A stretch of DNA of 63,142 bases, filler included, from Craspedostauros australis (Eukaryota): the NCBI GenBank assembly GCA_030167865.1. It is 17 parts of 17 records of this genome, joined end to end, with 100 filler letters (N's around TTAATTAATTAA, not from the genome) between each part and the next. Parts side by side here need not be neighbours in the genome. Positions count along the whole stretch, not along the records: positions 11,441 to 17,968 come from JALAGF010002308.1; positions 18,069 to 19,763 come from JALAGF010002309.1; positions 19,864 to 21,431 come from JALAGF010002310.1; positions 21,532 to 41,151 come from JALAGF010002311.1; 13 more parts are not named here. The stretch is one strand, 5' to 3'. Positions 13,420 through 26,287 of the stretch are shown here, piece by piece. Within the stretch, counting starts at the first letter, position 1, and each line of letters starts with the position of its first letter. A program made the translations under genes and the position numbers. The notes beneath the pieces are model-generated. The model did no database searches. It saw only the letters and a program-made list of their open reading frames with translations, and was not told the DNA's origin.

Positions 13420-14705
13420 TACGTCATGTCAGGGTCTGAATTCGGCGCGCTTGAAGGAAAGCCGATGATCATCCACAAAGGCTTGTACAGGTTGCGAACA
13501 TCCAGTGCAAGATTCCACGAGCACCTGGCATCATCATTCTGCAAACTTGGCTTCCAACCAACACAGTATGACAATAATCTGTGGATCAGATAACATGAAG
13601 ACCACTATGAGATGATTGCTTCATATATTGATGACATCCTCATATTCAGCAGATCACCCATGGACATCATGAAGGTGCTGCAGGAGAAATACATCATGAA
13701 AGGAGTCGGGGTACCCATGTACTACCTCGGAGGCAACATCTCACAACTGGATGACATCTGGCAGAAAGAAGGTGTGTTCACAGCGCTGTCTGCAAAGACA
13801 TACACCGGAAGCGCATGTGAGAAGATTGAGACGCTACTGGGGAAATCCCTACCAAAGGTGGCAACCCCGATGGCGGAATCATACCATCCGGAAACCGACG
13901 ACAAAGATCTCCTGAACCCAGCAGAAAAGAGCAAATTCAGGAAACTCATTGACAGTGCAAATTGGATCATCACTCTGGGCCGCTATGATGTGCAGTTCGC
14001 GACGATGGCACTGTCACGTTTCTCGATGATGCCACGCATTATCCACCTGAAAGCCATGACTCGAGTCTTCGGCTACCCCTCAAGACCCACCGGAACGGGA
14101 TGCTGCTGTGTGATCCAACCCTACCGCAACACCCACAAGCAGATTCCGATGAACACAACAAGTGGCTTGAGTTCTATCCACAAGCAACTGAGGAGATGCC
14201 ACACAACCAACCAAGGCCAAAGGGAAAACCAGCCAGAATCACAGTGTACGTGGATGCCGATCATGCACACGACATCTTGACACGCAGATCCGTCACAGGC
14301 ATTGTAGCAAAGATCAACGGGATGGTGGTGCGCACGTTCTGCAAGCGACAGAAGACAGTGGAGTCGTCCACGTATGGTTCCGAGTTGGTGGCCGTGCGCA
14401 TTGCCATGGATATGATCGTTGAGCTGAGGACAGCGCTCTGTGTCATTGGCGTTCCCATCGACGGACCTGCACTGCTCTTGGGTGACAACAAATCCGTGGT
14501 CATCAACATGACAATACCCACCAGCGTGCTCAAGAAGAAGCATTTTGGCATCGCCTACCACCGCATCCGCGAAGCAATCGCTGCTAAAGCGGTGCAGTTC
14601 GTGCACATCTCATCGGAAGACAACGAAGCTGATTTGCTGACAAAACCCGTGGCAAAACACACGTTCTACCGCCTCATCCGCATGTCCCTATTCCGTCTAC
14701 CAAAG
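13420..14705 (+). pseudogene. Ty1/Copia (CoDi-like) pol remnant: reverse transcriptase plus RNase H
   Basis: GSEFG...KGLYRLRTSSARFHE, YIDD, and RNase H YVDADHAHD..TRRSVTG...ESSTYGSEL...GDNKSV...EDNEADLLTK. In-frame TAA at 13591-13593 and a frameshift near 14075-14100. Confidence 0.93.
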
Positions 14706-15075
14706 CAACTTTCCAAAGCAAAGCGCGACACGAAGAAACCAGATCAGGCTGGACATGGCAACCGCAAGCAGACCAAGACACTCGTGAAGGTGGTTAGGAC
14801 CTCGCAGGTCTTCATCCTTGACACGTCCAAAAGGTGCGTATTGGAGCGAAACCAGTCACGAGGACTCGGGTGAGTCACGAGCCGCAGAAACAGAACACTG
14901 GCGACACAAATCCGAGATCTGCTTCCTCGGGCCACACAGAAGTCTGCGACATGGAAGCCACACAGAACACCAGCACCAACCAGAACATCAACACAACACA
15001 ACACAACACAACACCCAAACTCACTCAACTCCTCAACCACCAACGCACAGAACAAAGTCCCCATCATCATCCACC

Positions 15076-17876
15076 ATGGCGAGTTTCGTCGAGGCAAACA
15101 GCAACTTCGTTCTCAAGCTGAAGATCGAGATCGAGAATGGTGAGTTCGCAGGCTGTTGTCCATGCTCTGATGTTGATGTTGGTGTCCACGTTGCTGATGG
15201 CGTCTGAAGAATCTGTCCCGAATTTGTTCTGTGGCGTTGGTGTCAACAGCCTCCGCGTAGAATTCAGTACTCGTTGTACGCAAACATGGGGATCCTGGGT
15301 CTGGTTAACTCGTATCCCATCCTGCGGCATCACACACCAGCTTCTCACCATCACCACCATCGCCACCACGATCGCTTGCCACTCCACCGACAACGACAAT
15401 GCAAATGGCAATCGCAATGGCAATCGCGAATGATACGCTCTGAAACGCTCTGAAACGTTGCACAGGAGAAGCCCAATTCCGACGCGTGAAGCTTCCTCGC
15501 ATCGCAGATGGCAACGGCGATGTGTCGTACAATGAGCTCTGCGGTCTCGCCGTGACCTTTGTCTTTCCAGATGCATCCTGCCCAAGCAACTACCATGTCA
15601 TGTTGACGTACAAAGATGTCGATCAAGATGACGTGATCATCGCCTCTAACGAGGAGCTCCTCGATGCAGTGGAGCAGTTCGCTGACAAGGGCATCCTGCA
15701 CATCACAGGCGAAGTGCGTCCCAAGAACCCCAATCACATCAACCACGCCAAGCCGCTGTCTCAATCGACCATTGCGCAGACACCCACCAAACCGGATGAG
15801 ACCAATGAGCCTGCCTCCGACATTGCGGCTGCAGTACAAGCAGTAGCAACCGCAGCGGCAGCATTCGGCGGAGCAGATCAGAACGTCCTCGAGTCCTTCG
15901 TCGGCGAAATGGCAAACGCCGTCATCAACCTCGAAAAGGGACTTGCGCAACCAGCCAAGGCAGCGTCAAAGGATGTCGCCAAGACAGCCAAGCAAGTCTC
16001 CCGTTCCGTGACCAGCAGCGTCGATGCTCTGTCCGCGCCGCTCACGAAGAAACAGCCAACCAAAAAGCCCGCACCAAAGCCAGCGCCCAAGGCGAAAGAG
16101 GAGGCAGAGGAGCAGAAGGAGGAGGCCCGTCCCTTCATCCACGGCCGTCATACGTGCGACGGCTGCCTGTGCACACCTGTGGTGGGTCCCCGCTATCATG
16201 CGACCAACATCGACGGCTACGATCTTTGCCAGAAGTGCTACAACAACTACCACGGCTCCGAACTCACATTGGAGCCTGTAGAAAGCCACCGTGATGCCAA
16301 ATACCAGCAGCGCTGGTGGAACAAACACGAAGCTCGTCAACAGAGACTCAGCCGCGCCCGACGTCCAAGTTCGGGATCGGACAGCGGGAAGAAGAACGCC
16401 AAGTCCAAGAACGGCAACGCCAACCGCGGAGACACCACCCCACCATCAGCCACAAACCCAGCCACACAAGCAAAATCTCCCACCGCACCTCCTAATGTCC
16501 ACACGAAGGATCCAGCCCCAACGACAGAGGCCACAAATGCGAGCGTGAGCCTGAGCACAGAGATCCCCAATGTGCCCACCGACATCGAGACAGGCACTCC
16601 GGACAGTCTTCAACGCGCTGACGAAGTGCAAGCTGCAGAGCCACCGCCAGCACCGGAGGCTCCAAAGGCCCCCGCTGAACTAGAGATGGAACCACAGAAG
16701 ATTGTCTCGCAAGAGCCAGAGCCAGACATTGTTGTCGAATCACCAGCAGCACCAGTCACCAAGGTCGCACCAACTGCGACGCTCATCGTCGACACCACCA
16801 CTGCCGCCAGCGCACCTACCGTTGTCGTTGTCGAGACCGTCGACGAGGCCGCCTCGGAAGCGAACACCACCGAAGCCGCAGCAGCCGACACATCAGCAGC
16901 AGATGAAAAGACCAAGGTGGATGTGCACGGAGAAGTTGCCGAAGACGAGGGCGTCCCAGAAGTTCAGGCTGAGCCAGAGCCAGAACCATCCACCAATGAA
17001 CAAGACGTAGAGACCGCTTCGTCTGCTTCAGCGAGCATCGCATTCATCGAGAAGAGCGACGCAACCACCGACAGCAATACGGATCAGCTTACCAATCCTG
17101 CTTCCTCATCCTCCGAAGCAAATGTCTCATTCAAGGAAGATGCCGTCGGCAGCGGCGAGCTCGCCGAAGCCATGGGGGATACCTTCGACACCGTGGCAAC
17201 CGTCATCGACGAGATGCTAAGCGATACCTTGGGAAGCTGTGCCGATAACGTTGAGCCAGCAGCGGATGACGTTAGCCTCGCTCTTTCCGATGAAGAACCA
17301 ACGTTGTACACTGGCGCCACAATCGTGGATGGCGCCGCAAGCACTGTGCGATCGTCCGAGATGTTCGGCAGTGTTGGGTGTGAGTGGGAAGTCGTGACCA
17401 CTGATGACTGTAACTCTGACGTCGCGGGGGGTAGCGGTGAGGCTGCCGATGCCTCCGCCGCCACTCGCAACGATGTGGGAGCCGCAGCCATTATGATGGG
17501 ATCCGGATCCCTGGAGAACGACGACAGCACCAATTCTGACGAGGACGACGAAGACAGCCAGAGCAGCCAAAGCGAGGGTGACGACAGCACAACTTCTCCG
17601 ACAACGTCCTCGGACGAGGATGGCTCCGAGTTCTCCATGCCGTCATCCGTGCCATCTGAGATGTCTTCCTTCGCCTCCTGCACGACTTCAAAAGTGACCA
17701 CGGACCAGCGCACCGCATGGCAGTCGGAGCTGAGCAAGCCTGACGAGAATGGACCCATGGATGAGGATGCCTCCGCCAAAGCCCTCGAACGCGTCCAGGC
17801 CGCGAACATTGGAGCCGACAGTGATGAGCGACCCAGCCTCAACGGTGCCACCACCTGGCTCTTTGGCAATTCCTAA
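15076..17876 (+). CDS. NBR1/p62-like selective autophagy receptor (PB1, ZZ zinc finger, LIR-like, degenerate UBA-like); exons 15076-15139 and 15466-17876
   Basis: A GTGAG...CACAG intron joins in frame. PB1 OPCA motif YKDVDQDDVIIASNEEL; ZZ motif HTCDGC...GPRYH...YDLCQKC; WEVV in an acidic region. Confidence 0.8.
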
Positions 17877-18138
17877 GCTGAAGCAGACTAGGTGCAACCA
17901 CCAACGGCCGGCCCCGTTGCAACCCAAAAGAGAGGGCGATCAACGCTCGAAACTGAAATCACGCCAGTNNNNNNNNNNNNNNNNNNNNNNNNNNNNNNNN
18001 NNNNNNNNNNNNTTAATTAATTAANNNNNNNNNNNNNNNNNNNNNNNNNNNNNNNNNNNNNNNNNNNNTGCACATTGCTCTCATGTTGCTCGTTGATGTT
18101 GACTTGATTGTCAACATTGTCGTCTCTCTGGTTTTGTT

Positions 18139-18230
18139 GAATCCGATGATTGGTCGAATCTGATGATTGATCGAATCTGATGATTGATCGAATCCGATGA
18201 TTGATCGAATCTGATGATTGATCGAATCTG
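18139..18230. repeat. 17-bp tandem repeat GAATCYGATGATTGATC x5.4
   Basis: Directly visible; units start at 18139, 18156, 18173, 18190, 18207 and 18224. Confidence 0.95.
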
Positions 18231-18449
18231 GTGGAATGTTCAAAACATATTTCATTCCTGTAGACCTGGTAGGTAAGGTCTTGATGTGATGTCACGTGTG
18301 GTGGATACTGTGGTATCCGCTGGTATCGCGGTATCCTGGCGCCGTAGTATCGCAGTGTTCTCATGGTACAGCGATGGTATCGCTGTGACGTCATAGTTTT
18401 GTGTCGTGATTCCGCCACCAAATAGTCTAGATGATGGCAAGCAAGTGTG

Positions 18450-19578
18450 ACTGATGCATACACATCCGAGTACACACATTCCGACAGTGGAGGCGAGGAA
18501 AGGATTGTGGCACAATATCACAAGGAAGAGGAAGGGCGTCAACATTTTGTCCACAGTCATTGTGAGGCTAGCAAAGCAATCCAATAAAGACAGGAGAGTC
18601 AAGGAGTTGATGAGAGTGAGCGCCAATGAATTGGAGGACGAACAGAAGGAAGCATTTGTGGCGTTGAAGCAATTTTGAACAATGGCGACAAAAGTGAGAG
18701 AAAAATGGTTGGAAAAGTTGGTGGCAACGAGAGGAGCAGGGGAGGCACGGTGGAGAGCGGAAAGAAAAGGGCAGAAAGCGAGCAGCGAAGCACAAGGGAC
18801 ACGGAAGGAGGCGACAGAACAACAACTATGGCAGCTGAGGAAGAAAGAGAGAAAGTGAGAGCAACGTATAGAAGGATCCGAACAGCGACGGGGGGGGGGG
18901 CAGGCAACAGCAGGAATATCAATGGTGGTGGCTCCAGACGGGAATGGAAACTGGGTGGAGCGGACAAGCAAGGAAGAAATAGAGAAGGGATGCATGGCAG
19001 AGAACAAGAGAAGGTTCAGACAGACAGAGGAGACACCGTTCATGCATGGCCAGTTGGCGAGGCAGTTCGGGTACCTGGGAGTGACAGAGGCAGCAGAACT
19101 AATGCTGCAGGGAGAGTATCAGCCAACAGAGTGGGTGGATGACAGAGCGAAGAGGTTGCTGCGAGGGATGAAGTCGGTAGCACAGGCAGCAATACCAGCG
19201 GGCATGATCACGGAAGAATTCCAGCAAGGCTGGAAAAGAGCAAAAGAGGACACGTCGGCAGGGCCATCCAGCCTACATTTCGGACATTTCAAAGCCATTG
19301 CGTACCATCAAGCAAACTCGGAGTTTGAGGCGAGCATGACATCGATAGCTATTAAAATCGGCTATTTGTACCAGCGTTGGAGAAGGGGTACAGATGTGGA
19401 GTTAATGAAGAAGGCCAACAACTTCTGTGCCAACAAAATCAGGACGATAGTGCTGTTCGAAGCGGATTTAAACTTCGCGAACAAAGCCATTGGAAGGAAG
19501 GCGGCAAAATATGCAGAACAGCAGAACAGGTTTGCAGAGGAGCAATACGGTAGCAGAAAAAGGTACAGAGCTAGTTGA
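18450..19578 (+). pseudogene. Ambal-like non-LTR retrotransposon remnant (pre-RT region and RT N-terminus)
   Basis: WKRAKEDTSAGPSSLHFGHFKA...RWRRGTDVELMKK...KIRTIVLFEADLNFANK...EEQYGSRK. Stops occur upstream and the ORF breaks off before the YxDD motif. Confidence 0.85.
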
Positions 19579-20903
19579 GATTCAATGAGGGACAGACTAG
19601 TACCGAACACGGTATCAACCCGATGGGAGAAATTCCTGTTTTGGCGCGAAATCTTCCGACTTGATTGACCACCAAACCTTTTTCTCCTCCTTTCTCTCCT
19701 CCATTCACGAATCCATCATGACTCAAACCTGACCGACCTGACTCACACCCCACCTGGGAACTANNNNNNNNNNNNNNNNNNNNNNNNNNNNNNNNNNNNN
19801 NNNNNNNTTAATTAATTAANNNNNNNNNNNNNNNNNNNNNNNNNNNNNNNNNNNNNNNNNNNNTGTCTCAACGCAGTGTATTAAGTCCCGGTAAATTAGG
19901 TCACGATCTAGAAAAGTGAAAATCGGACAAAATGTTGGGTGTTCCAGGGTTATACTCGCAGAGAACATCAAACCGCGCACACCGCGACTGACACCTCAGA
20001 ACGGATTCGCGGACTTGTGACCCTTGTGGTTTGTAATCGAACGTTCGTTGCTGCGGCACGTGCATAACGAATCAAAGAGAACGACTCAGTTCGGATGGCG
20101 AAGCCGGTGATGAACTATTATTGTTCGATGATGCGTAGGCGACACGCTTCACTTTGCGCATTGTACTTGGACATGAATACTCTCACTTTATTCGCAGGTA
20201 TGGTCCCGAAACTGTTCGCAACCGCAAGCTGAGGAAATGCGAACCAACGAGTCGATTGAACGTTCCGACATCCTGGTCAGTCCCACAACTACGTGGGCTC
20301 TGGGCAACTCCCGCCGCACCCTGGGTTCTTCATCTCGGGCGGTGTGCTATCACCATGTTGGTGGAGGCGCAGCGGAAGGAAACACCGCAGCCCCTTGAGT
20401 CTCAACTACAACGCCATGCCATTGTGTAGTACTCGGTGCAGTTCTGCCACCCCATCCACATCGCTTGACATTTGTTTGATGTTACTTTTGAGCTTTCCAT
20501 TGAATGCGTGCAAGTATCGCCACCCTGCGCATTGGGGTGCTGCCACACGGAGCAGAGAGGGCTGTGTGGTATCAGAATTGTTGCACATCCGCCGGGCTCC
20601 GCCATAATCGCGCTCTCGCCAATGGAGCAGGACGAGGTACCTTACCTGCAAAATACTCGCACAGTGGTCAGACAGAATGGTTGGCGAGATGCGACTCATC
20701 TGCCACCATCATTGATGCGAACCGAACCACAAAGAATAGGTGTGTCTGAGACACGCATCGGTACCCCGCACATGTTGCGTCCTTCCTTGGCACCTCCATC
20801 TTGTCGTGTTCGTGCATGTCTCATCGCCAAGGTCTGATCATCACAGATTACAGCAGAAGCGTAAGAGGAGCTCGTAAGCAGCAGCAAGGACACTCGAAGG
20901 TAT

Positions 20904-21431
20904 TAATAGAGCCCAAACGTAATGGCTGTTGTCTTGTTGGCTGTTCTTTAGCTGTAGGCAGAGGCTTGACTGGCAAGCGATCCGGACNNGAGTCTTCTGT
21001 TCCACAAGTAGTCAATTTAGAATACTGGTAGATGGTGAAGAAACGTGCGGATTATGAGATTAGTGCTATGGTTCTTCCCTTCGATGGGGATCTCCTGTGG
21101 TGTCCTGAATGACAATGCGTGTGGGTTGTGTAGCCCAAGTACCGTGGGTCGAGATCCGTTGTCTGAGTTCTGTGAGAGACAATGGGCGATGGCGCGTGTT
21201 GTTGTGGCCTTGGTTCCGTGTGTCGGCGTTTTGGCGATGGTGGGTGTCAGAAACTTGGTTATCGGAACCCTATTGGTTCCCTGACATGAATTCCGAAGAT
21301 CTGCTTCAAGGTTCTGGATCTGTCTCCAAACGTGGGGTCCGGCGAAGTGTTCGTTCGATCTACTGGAATGCTGACGAGTCGGATGATTCGTAGTCTCTCT
21401 CACTAAGGTGGTTACTAGTTTAGCTCTATTA
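20904..21431 (+). mobile_element. 528-bp element with TAATAGAGC...GCTCTATTA ends (solo-LTR-like or MITE), copy A
   Basis: Colinear with 33381-33908 and the same length. 9-bp terminal inverted repeat. The contig ends exactly at the element end. Confidence 0.85.
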
Positions 21432-24400
21432 NNNNNNNNNNNNNNNNNNNNNNNNNNNNNNNNNNNNNNNNNNNNTTAATTAATTAANNNNNNNNNNNNN
21501 NNNNNNNNNNNNNNNNNNNNNNNNNNNNNNNAATGACAATCATCTTGCTATTGCAACACACAAGTGCAAAAGTGTCTCAATGAAACACTACATCAATGAC
21601 AACTGGTTTGTGAACTGAATAGAGTGCGAGCAGAGCAAGGTGGAGTAGAGTATTGTAGGAGTAGAGCAGTAGCTATCAGTGCAACAATGCATGAATGCGC
21701 CAACAACAACGGTTCACTTCCATTTTGTGACGACAGCGGCAGCATGTTTGTGTGGTGCTGCTCTCGTGACACGTTGTGTGTTGTGTTCTTTGGCGCACAT
21801 TGAGATGGACAAACTCGCACCACGGAGAACACATGCTTTGTCGCCCTCTTCGAAATCGAAGAACACTTTTCGTGACCAAAGGGTTTGCGTGAGAGGAGTA
21901 TTAGTTGCAGTTCGCCGGACATTGTTGTCACCGCAAAATGGACTGCAACCTGGCATGGCAAATGACACAGAAACGAGACAGCAAGCGTGCGTTCGCGAGT
22001 TCACAGAAGGATGACCAGGAACCACGAGCAGTCGATTCCTCTATTTGTGTTGGCGATTTACGTGGATGGTACAGAGACACCGAGTGTGTGACTGTGGGTG
22101 TCGCGCCCGTCGAATGACAACGAAAGCGGGTCCAACGCCGAGAAACACTCGGTGCTGTGTGAAGGACATGAACGACGCAGAAACCAACGCAGAACCAAAC
22201 GACCACACCAGNCACCACCAAAACCAAGGAGCACAAACGCCAACAACAACNCCCATTGGAGTACTATCGATACCACTTGCGTTTGTTTTGCATTGTCCTG
22301 ACAGCATTGGTCGTATCAGTCTGATGCGGGGAAAATTCCCGTGAACAAGTGCATAAAAACATCCTTTTTTTTGAGCGACGACTATTTCCCCTGCTCCCAG
22401 CAAACCGTCACGAGCGAACGAATGTGACACAATCACCTCTGTGCCTGTGCTTACCCGTAACGTCTGCTCAACAGCAGCAATCACAACAACCAACCACAAT
22501 GAAGCCTCAAACCCAAACTGCTTCTCACATTTTTGGAACTTGGCAACACTTTGCGGACAATGCGACACTTTCCCGTTTCTCCAAGGTTTTAACCTCGTGC
22601 TCCAGAAACGCCGATAGCCCTAACTACCCGCCAACACGCGCAGATTCCAGATGGAGAAAGCCACACGCACTCACCCTTTCCTTGTCCCAAACGTCACAAC
22701 CTCACCAATCAGCGATTCTGCACGCCACACGCCACACCTGCGTGCAAAGATACCCCAACGACACGGACAAGGACAACTTCTCAAGCCAAAGTCAGCACCG
22801 ATGGCTTTCTGCGTTTCTTCTTTTCACAACCAATTACTCACATTCATCATCATCACCGTCATCATCTTCGTCATCCTCATCTCCTTGTTTCACTTTTTGG
22901 ACACCACATGAATGTTGAGCATCGTATTGGGAGCTCGTTTAGTGGCCTTCAATTCTCCACGCTCACAGCTCGTTGTCGTTTCAATTGTTGGTGGCAATCT
23001 CAGATCACAACATCTCATGAGCATGCGATGGAGTGAGTGCTCATTTTCCTTGCCTACGACAGCAGTGTTCATTAAAACGTCTGGTTCCGTGGATCGATCG
23101 CCACAATTCGCCAAAGAAATCGAGCATTGGCAGGGTGCACCAATACGCTGTCTCAGTTGCTCTCTCCGTCTCTTTCGCAAGATACATCGACAAGGGACAT
23201 CACTTCCCTGTTGTCGCATCAACTTGCTCCTCCCTTCGATCGAAATTTGATGATCTCCACGGTCTGAGAACGGAATAGTACTCTCCTCCGATCGCATGCC
23301 AACCACTTCCATCATCCAATGCCCTGATCAACGTTGATCCACGCTCACCAGCACACAACAGAACATGCAACACAAACAACATGAAACTTCGTTGTCCATC
23401 ATTTGTGACAACATCTCAATCGCCACATCTCCAACGAGCGCCCGCGCGCAATCATTCGTGTTAGTTTCTCGCCACCGGTCCCACGAATCTTCGCGCATCA
23501 CGTTTCGTCTCCTGTGTAGACAACGTCATTCAATCATGAGGCCCTTATCTACAGTACGTAATTCGTGACCATATCCACCAATAGTATCTCTGTATTCATT
23601 CGATGAGAATTATCAACGGTCACACGTCTTTTCGCACTCGACACACATTTTCTCGATCTTGACCGAAACGTTGGATCCAGCATTCTCGTTTTTGACGGGA
23701 ACAAAAACATCATTCAAAACATCTTTCGCACGCGTGGCCGCAACAAGTTATCACTGCTGCGTGGCTTGTTCATGTGTTTGATGCACTGTCGTTCACGCTT
23801 TGGGTGAGTGTGTGGTTGAGAGAGAGAGCAGGCATCATCACCACAACCACCACCACCAACGACAACAGCAGCAACAGAAGCAGTGTCTGCCATTCTCTTT
23901 CGCGCGCACTTTCGGGTTTGGGCATCGCTTCATACCAGACCAACAGCAGGAGCAGGCACAACAGGCCTCCTTCTGTCATTTGTCAATTGCCGACCACAGA
24001 GCCATCGTCACCTTTGCGTGCATGGTATCATCAACATCATCAACAACCACCACAATCAACAACCACATCAAGAACACAACAACAACGGTGACATCCACCC
24101 ACAAACAAGATTGGCAGCGAGCACACAAATCAACAACCTCAAGATCTCTGAGACCGAAGACAGAGAACGGAACATAGCGAAGCACAGAAAGGGCGATCTC
24201 CACACCCACCAACATCCACCAACTGTCATCACCAACAGCAGCTCTGAAGTGCGCGGTCATCCGAACACAGAACAACAGCGGCGTCGGCAATTGCAGAACT
24301 TTGCGCATCTTGTGGGCGTGCCTGCTCATTCCTTTGCATCACGGCACATCCCAACCACAGCGCAAAGCCGCGCAGCTCGGTATTGCCGGTTCCCGAAGTC

Positions 24401-24495
24401 CGCACACTCTCCGACAAAGACAAAAGAAAAACCCACACTCAAGACACGTAACGAGACACACAGAAGCGTGCATCTCTGCCATTCAGACCTTCACC

Positions 24496-26056
24496 ATGAC
24501 GCACCATCCGCATCTGCCCGAATACGCAACCGCGCACAGACAGTTAGAAGACGATGACTCCCCCATGTTCGGCAGTCGAGTACGCATCCTCCTCTTTGCG
24601 CTGGTGCTAGCGATCGCCACGATCGCCATTCTCTTCACTCTCATGCGGCGCTACCACCGCTATCGCAATGCCTGCTGCCGTCCGCATCCCCTGCGCGTCA
24701 ACCAGCAAAATCGAACCGCCTTGGAGGAGGATTACGAACTCGCGCAGCGCCTGCAGCATGAGCTCAATGCCGAAATGCGAGAACAAGAGAAGCAGGCCAA
24801 GCGCAAAGAACGGCAGGTCTGGTATGAATCCTATTTGAAACCGTACACGACGGTAAGTACCTATTGCTCGCAGCATGTGTATTATATTATGCTGTGTGAG
24901 CATCTGCCTATTCTCACTGTGCGTGGATGCGGAATTTGACATGCAATGTGGTACCATGCAATTGCATTGCATTGGACGAGAATCGTGTTGTGATGTTCCG
25001 CAATCAATTGCGATGGCTCTCATGCACTCTCTCACTCTTTGCTTCTTTTTCCTCTATCTCACACCCGACCATCTCCAGGTTGTGAAATTGACCGACATCT
25101 TTTATTCCGATGAGGTGGAAGAGCTTGCGGTAATGAAAGATGGCGATGATGAAGGCGTCACCACGAGCAACCGAAAAGCCATCTTCCTCAAGATGGCAAG
25201 CGTACTCACATCGGAATCATCCATGGGCGATGACGAAGACGAAGACGATGATCGCGAAGAAAATGAAGCAACGTCAGATGTTGAAATGGGACAGCAACCG
25301 CAGCAAAAGCCGAGAAAGCAGCAGAAAGGCAAGCACTTCGGTGGTGACGAAAATTGCGGCCGTCAAGATGACAGCGAATTGGTCGCGTTGGACAACACCA
25401 TCAACACGGAGCATGATGAGAATGAGAATGACAATGGCAATGAGAACGAGAATGATATCGAAATGGGCGAAACCACTGATACCGTCGATGTCACCGCCAC
25501 CACCCACAACGACAACTACAACGACATCGACAACAGCCAGTGCCACAGCATTTCGAATCAAGATCATGATCAGCATTCGATATCGACCCATCTCTGCGTC
25601 CGCATACCATGTGCAAATGGAACACGCAGCGTCGACGCCCATTGCGCCATCTGCTTGGGCGAGTACATGACGGGCGATAAAGTTTCATTCTCCAACCTGG
25701 AATGCCGCCACGCGTTCCACTACGACTGCATCCTGCCGTGGCTGAGCAAAGGCAAGAAGCGATGTCCAATCTGCCGCCATTGGTTCGTTCCGGGCACGAA
25801 GATTGACGATCAGAAGAAAGCGGCTGCGGCTGCAGCAGAGGCCGCGGCGCTCGCAGCCCAGCCATCCTCCAGCAGCGACGACGAAGAAGAGATTGAAATT
25901 GTCGACTCCACCGACCGTGTTGCCGCGGCGCCGACAATAATTGGCGGCAGAACGGATGAATCATCGCAGGCATCGTTGGATCAGGAAGAGTTTGACGCGG
26001 ATCAACAGCAAGAACAAGAAGAACAACGCGTCGATGCCTCACCGCATGACGTGTAA
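24496..26056 (+). CDS. Transmembrane RING-H2 E3 ubiquitin ligase; exons 24496-24852 and 25079-26056
   Basis: TM helix ILLFALVLAIATIAILFTL; phase-0 GTAAGT...CCAG intron; RING-H2 CAIC...CRHAFHYDC..PW....RCPICR. Confidence 0.9.
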
Positions 26057-26287
26057 CAACCGTTTGGCGACCGCAGCCTCACTCGAACAAAGAGACGGAG
26101 ATTCACATGTTATTTGACACCAGCACTTAGCATTTCATTCTACACTGTACCTTATACCAATATATAATTAATAGCGACTCATAATCGAGGTAGAGTAACT
26201 CAAAGCGCATGCATGGACTGCGATTGGAGTGTTTTGCATGTTGATTTGCGTTGCGGATGCGAGAGTACCGATACGAAAGCAGCCTTT

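Noticed and set aside
21573..21586. Isolated 14-bp match to a right-array unit (TGTCTCAATGAAAC)
   Set aside because: A single copy with no periodicity or TIR; cannot be distinguished from chance.
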